17,589 nt of DNA, taken from positions 1-17,589 of the forward strand of contig JAEUWE010000216.1 of assembly GCA_016791465.1 (NCBI GenBank), given 5' to 3'. Below, piece by piece: positions 13,619-17,589 of the stretch. The notes under the pieces were generated by a model, which made no database searches, had not been told where the DNA came from, and saw only the letters and a program-made list of their open reading frames with translations. The position numbers were made by a program, and so were the translations under genes. How positions within the stretch are numbered: the stretch's first letter is position 1; every line of letters starts with the position of its first letter. This DNA comes from Pseudobdellovibrionaceae bacterium. GTDB lineage: Bacteria > Bdellovibrionota > Bdellovibrionia > Bdellovibrionales > JAMPXM01.

Positions 13619-14905
13619 ATGTTGAGAATCCAACAATGGACGGCCGTTCTCGCGGTGGGAATCGTCATGACTTTGATCGGCTGTAAGGCCGATCAAAACA
13701 CGTTCACCGAACCAAACGCCTCGATTGGAACTGGCGACGGCAGCGGTAGCATTGATTCGACAGCGGGATTTAAGTTGTCCTTGAAGGCAAAGGCGGGTGT
13801 AACGACACTTCTGCATAAGTTTGGCGACTACGCCGCAGCCTGTGAGATTGCCAAGGGGACGACGACTCCGACTTCAATCAACTGCCTTTTGAACATGATG
13901 GAGTATGATCTCTATTTTTACGGCTTTGATTTACAGGTCACAGTTCCGGCGGATACCTGTAGTTTTCTTGAGGAAGACCCGTATCGCTTTTATAAGGCAG
14001 AACCTGGGGTGGGTCCGTCTGCGATTTCAGTTGTTGTGAATGGCGGCGGTACGATGACGTCTTGTGTTGTCGATACTCAGGACGTGTCGGGCACAATTAA
14101 CGGCAACGTTTGTTATGCGGGTGAGGTTACGGTGTTTGCCTCTGGGACCGCAAAATGTGCGTATGATCACACTGATGATGATGGGCCGAATTGCTGTCGG
14201 GGTACCGGGGCGATCACGCTTACAAAAACTGTAGGAGCGGATACGTCAGTAACTTCCACAGAGGTTGACTGGGGTGGGACGTATGAAGCGTGCACGGAAT
14301 CTCCACATGACTACATTGCGGAATGGCCAAAGTTGCAAGAGAAAGCCGCGACCGTGATCAACGGTCTGAATGGCGCGGCGCTCAGTAAAGTGACTAAGTT
14401 TCCGAGCGTCATCAAGCTTTTGTCAGACGGTCTTCGCAATGGCCACCGCTCCGTTTTCTTGCACGCCAATATGTATGATTGGGCGGGATATCAGGCGAAT
14501 CCATCGACATGGGGAACCAATGCTGCAACAGTCCCAGCGGCTTTTTATACTGACATTGATCGCGGCCCGCTCGGAGACCGATTGACGGCAAACGGCGCGA
14601 CGGCTTTGAACTCATATCGTCATGGTACCTATCGTTTCCGCTGTTTGGGACCAGCTGGCGAGCTAAAGCAGAGTATTACTTTGATGGTCCAGTCCTGGAA
14701 CACGTCAGAGGAATTCGATGCCTATCTGGACACTGGGGACTATGCAGCGGCCGATCCGTACGTGCAGGGCACCGCGGGAGTTGATTGCTCGTCCGTTAGC
14801 ACGGGATACTCCTGCAACTCATTGTGGAGCTTTGATGATCTCACCATCGTTGAGGGTGCTGGATACTTCTACCCTAATGAGCACAACCGCAGCTCGCCAC
14901 CTTGA
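13619..14905 (+). CDS. Predicted outer-membrane lipoprotein, Cys-rich, unknown function
   Basis: ATG at 13619 with GAAGGAG upstream; MLRIQQWTAVLAVGIVMTLIGC|KADQ lipobox; 12 further Cys. Confidence 0.8.
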   Translation: MLRIQQWTAVLAVGIVMTLIGCKADQNTFTEPNASIGTGDGSGSIDSTAGFKLSLKAKAGVTTLLHKFGDYAAACEIAKGTTTPTSINCLLNMMEYDLYFYGFDLQVTVPADTCSFLEEDPYRFYKAEPGVGPSAISVVVNGGGTMTSCVVDTQDVSGTINGNVCYAGEVTVFASGTAKCAYDHTDDDGPNCCRGTGAITLTKTVGADTSVTSTEVDWGGTYEACTESPHDYIAEWPKLQEKAATVINGLNGAALSKVTKFPSVIKLLSDGLRNGHRSVFLHANMYDWAGYQANPSTWGTNAATVPAAFYTDIDRGPLGDRLTANGATALNSYRHGTYRFRCLGPAGELKQSITLMVQSWNTSEEFDAYLDTGDYAAADPYVQGTAGVDCSSVSTGYSCNSLWSFDDLTIVEGAGYFYPNEHNRSSPP

Positions 14906-14943
14906 ACTTTCTTGAAAGGAAGTTGGCGATTTTTCACATCGAA

Positions 14944-14975
14944 TAAGGCTCACCGATCTGGTGGGCTTTATTTTT
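14944..14975 (+). terminator. Intrinsic terminator after the lipoprotein gene
   Basis: GCTCACC(14948-14954)-GATCT-GGTGGGC(14960-14966), one G-U pair, followed by TTTATTTTT. Confidence 0.75.
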
Positions 14976-15027
14976 GAATTGAGAGCTGGTCGAAGCCGCT
15001 GTGGTCGGTCCTGAATTTGCTCTCAGT

Positions 15028-15045
15028 GGAGGACGGAGGTCCTCC
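15028..15045 (+). promoter_or_regulatory. Perfect hairpin sequestering a Shine-Dalgarno-like sequence directly before ATG 15046
   Basis: GGAGGAC(15028-15034)-GGAG-GTCCTCC(15039-15045); T15027 can also pair with A15046 of the start codon. Confidence 0.5.
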
Positions 15046-15354
15046 ATGTCTGGGTTCGAGTCGTGCTGTATGGCGTCCCGTCGGGAACTGCGCCGTCGGC
15101 TTTTCATCGTAGTTCTTCTGGCATTGGCGGCTCTTGCGGCGACCCAGTATTGGGGCCAGCATCGGGCTCATGTGGATCCCGGTCCGTCTGACGAGCGATC
15201 AGAGACAAAGATGCCCATAGAAAAGGCGCCTTTGCATACGAGTGATGATCTGGTCGACCTTGGCATTGGTCCCGAGGGCGATGGGCCAAGGCCTGAAGAC
15301 ATGGTCGCCGAAGCCCAAAAAGCTTTAGCTCAAGGCCTTGAAGCGCGGCCCTAA
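15046..15354 (+). CDS. Small single-TM protein of unknown function
   Basis: RRELRRRLFIVVLLALAALAATQYWG TM anchor, acidic/Pro-rich remainder. Start uncertain: GTG 15001, ATG 15046 or ATG 15070. Confidence 0.5.
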   Translation: MSGFESCCMASRRELRRRLFIVVLLALAALAATQYWGQHRAHVDPGPSDERSETKMPIEKAPLHTSDDLVDLGIGPEGDGPRPEDMVAEAQKALAQGLEARP

Positions 15355-15357
15355 CGT

Positions 15358-15386
15358 TTGAGCCTGCCGGCGCAAGCGAGTAGACT
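15358..15386 (+). promoter_or_regulatory. Possible sigma70-like promoter immediately upstream of valS
   Basis: TTGAGC (15358-15363) - 17 nt - TAGACT (15381-15386). By-eye match. Confidence 0.3.
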
Positions 15387-15393
15387 TACAGGA

Positions 15394-17589
15394 ATGAGCA
15401 ACCAACTCCCTGATCGCTACAATGCCGCTGACGTTGAATCTCGAATCTACAAATGGTGGGAAGAGGCCGGCCACTTTAAAGCCGCTGACCAGAGCAAGAA
15501 GCCGCCGTTTGCCATCATCCTCCCTCCGCCCAACGTCACCGGTCAGCTGCACATGGGCCACGCTCTTGATCACACGATTCAAGATCTGATCGTTCGTTGG
15601 AAGCGCATGTCGGGCTTCAACACGCTCTGGCTTCCGGGCACGGATCACGCGGGTATTGCGACGCAGTCCGTAGTTGAGCGCGAACTTCGAAAAGAAAATA
15701 AATCGCGGCGTGAAATGGGTCGTGAGCCTTTTGTTGAAAAGGTTTGGGAGTGGAAGCACCAGTACGGCAATCGCATTTACGAACAGATGCGCCGGCTTGG
15801 AGATTCTTGCGATTGGGAGCGCGCGACGTTCACACTTGATGACGGTGTTTCGACGGCTGTTCGAAAAGTGTTCGTCGATCTCTATAAGCGAAACATGATC
15901 TATCGCGGGACACGCCTTGTGAATTGGTCGGGGCCGCTTGAGACTGCGATCTCGGATCTTGAAGTTGAGCACAAGGAAACAAAAGGTACATTGTACCATA
16001 TCGCATACTCGGTTGATGGCGATCCGTCGACGAAGCTTGTGGTGGCGACAACGCGACCTGAGACGATGCTTGGCGATACGGCAGTCGCAGTTCATCCCGA
16101 AGACGAGCGCTACAAAAAGTTGATCGGTCGTCGCGTGAAGCTCCCGCTCACCGATCGCACGATTCCAATCGTGGCCGATGCCTATGTCGACAAAGAATTT
16201 GGAACGGGTGTGGTGAAGATCACGCCTGCGCATGACTTTAACGACTACCAAGTCGGTGTTCGTCACAAGCTTGAGATGATCAACATCTTGAATAAAAACG
16301 GCACGCTCAACGAGAACGCCGGCCGCTTTAGCGGCCTGAAGGTTCAAGAGGCGCGGAAACAGGTTTTGGCGGCTTTGAAAGAGGCCGAACTGGTTCTGAA
16401 AGAAGAGCCGCATGTTCACTCGGTGGGCTATTGCTCGCGTTCGGGTGCTGTTGTTGAACCGTTTTTGAGCGAGCAGTGGTTTGCGCGCATGTCGCAGATG
16501 GCGACGGCCGCTCGTCACGTGGTTGAGAACGGTTCGATTCGCTTTGAGCCCGAGTCGTGGACGAAGGTTTATCTCCACTGGATTTCGATCATTGAAGACT
16601 GGTGTATCTCGCGCCAGCTGTGGTGGGGGCATCGGATTCCCGCATGGACATGTGCTGACTGCCATCACGTGACAGTTGCAGAAGCGGATCCAGCGGCGTG
16701 TGAGAAGTGTCAGTCAAAGAACATCAAGCAAGATGAGGACGTGCTCGACACGTGGTTCTCGTCAGCGCTGTGGCCGTTCAGCACAATGGGCTGGCCAAAA
16801 GACACTGAGACGCAGAAGACGTTCTATCCGACGGATGTTTTGGTCACCGGCCACGATATCATTTTCTTCTGGGTCGCGCGCATGATCATCATGGGCCTGG
16901 AGTTTAAAAAAGATGTTCCGTTCCGCAAAGTCTATATCCACGGATTGGTACGCGACTCCGATGGCAAGAAGATGTCCAAGTCGACCGGCAATGCGCTTGA
17001 TCCCGTCGAGCTGATCGAGAACTACGGTGCCGATGCTCTGCGCTTTACGATTCTTGCGCAGATCGCTTCGGGTCGAGATTTGAAGTTTAGCGAAAGCCGT
17101 CTTGAGGGCTATCGCAACTTTATGAATAAGATCTGGAACGCGACTCGTTTTGCGATGAATGCACTGGGCGATTTTGAAGTGCCCAAAGAGGGAACTCGCG
17201 CGGTTCCTCCGAAGTCCGAGCTATCGGTCGCTGATCAGTGGTTGGTTTGGGAAACGGCACAGGTGGAGAAAGCCGTTGAGGAGCATCTCGCACAGGATCG
17301 CTATAGCGACGCGGCGAATGCGCTCTATCAGTTTGTTTGGAACGAGTTCTGCGATTGGTATCTTGAGTTTGTGAAGCCGATTATCTACGGACAGACCGGC
17401 TCCGCGAGTGAAAAGAAAGCGACGCAGCTGGTTCTAGCGCAGACGTTGAATCGTATCATGCGTCTGCTCCACCCGTTCACGCCCTTCATCACTGAAGAGA
17501 TTTATCAAAAGCTTCCGATTCGCGGAGAGGCTTGTATTGTCGATCAGTATCCGACCGTGAAGAACGACAAAGAGTGGCTCTCGGTTGGC
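15394..17589 (+). CDS. valS: Valyl-tRNA synthetase, 3' truncated by the window edge
   Basis: MSNQLPDRYNAADVESRIYKWWEEAGHF...PPPNVTGQLHMGHAL (HIGH motif), GTDHAGIATQ, DVLDTWFSSALWPFSTMGWP, DGKKMSKSTGNALDP (KMSKS). Continuous open frame to 17589; missing from the ORF track because no stop is in the window. Confidence 0.97.
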   Translation, partial: MSNQLPDRYNAADVESRIYKWWEEAGHFKAADQSKKPPFAIILPPPNVTGQLHMGHALDHTIQDLIVRWKRMSGFNTLWLPGTDHAGIATQSVVERELRKENKSRREMGREPFVEKVWEWKHQYGNRIYEQMRRLGDSCDWERATFTLDDGVSTAVRKVFVDLYKRNMIYRGTRLVNWSGPLETAISDLEVEHKETKGTLYHIAYSVDGDPSTKLVVATTRPETMLGDTAVAVHPEDERYKKLIGRRVKLPLTDRTIPIVADAYVDKEFGTGVVKITPAHDFNDYQVGVRHKLEMINILNKNGTLNENAGRFSGLKVQEARKQVLAALKEAELVLKEEPHVHSVGYCSRSGAVVEPFLSEQWFARMSQMATAARHVVENGSIRFEPESWTKVYLHWISIIEDWCISRQLWWGHRIPAWTCADCHHVTVAEADPAACEKCQSKNIKQDEDVLDTWFSSALWPFSTMGWPKDTETQKTFYPTDVLVTGHDIIFFWVARMIIMGLEFKKDVPFRKVYIHGLVRDSDGKKMSKSTGNALDPVELIENYGADALRFTILAQIASGRDLKFSESRLEGYRNFMNKIWNATRFAMNALGDFEVPKEGTRAVPPKSELSVADQWLVWETAQVEKAVEEHLAQDRYSDAANALYQFVWNEFCDWYLEFVKPIIYGQTGSASEKKATQLVLAQTLNRIMRLLHPFTPFITEEIYQKLPIRGEACIVDQYPTVKNDKEWLSVG

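Noticed and set aside
15325-16668. 447-aa minus-strand ORF
   Set aside because: Antisense shadow of valS, which has intact HIGH and KMSKS motifs on the plus strand; the ORF shows no recognisable domain, signal or RBS.
1-17589. CRISPR arrays, tRNA/rRNA genes, transposons, prophage or classic defence genes
   Set aside because: Read through on both strands; no regularly spaced repeats, cloverleaf-like CCA-ending genes, transposase or integrase motifs, or terminal inverted repeats were seen. Endonuclease I here is a secreted nuclease, not evidence of a defence island.

Overview
The window looks like an ordinary chromosomal segment, probably from a Bdellovibrio/Oligoflexia-like Gram-negative (my inference from gene content and synteny). 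No CRISPR array, tRNA, rRNA, IS element or phage genes are recognisable. The left third (about 1-6657, minus strand) is a tightly overlapping operon: a TadC/GspF-like membrane protein, a DUF192 protein, three membrane-anchored FHA-domain proteins (four FHA domains in total; two proteins are FHA-TM-TPR and one is FHA-TM-TM-PAS with no output domain), and a degenerate PP2C-like protein. A further GTGA-coupled gene probably runs off the left edge. This is the strongest candidate for an under-described system: a phosphothreonine-reader module wired to a Tad-type pilus/secretion apparatus. The middle holds a single-ORF fusion of Maf and YggS (PLP homeostasis), a small exported protein on the opposite strand, proC and divIVA. 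A minus-strand group follows: a predicted outer-membrane protein, DUF167/YggU, an exported dienelactone-hydrolase-like protein and secreted endonuclease I. The right end has a Cys-rich lipoprotein, a single-TM protein whose start codon abuts a perfect SD-sequestering hairpin, and valS, which runs off the window and is absent from the ORF track because it has no stop here. All family assignments come from reading motifs by eye, without database searches.
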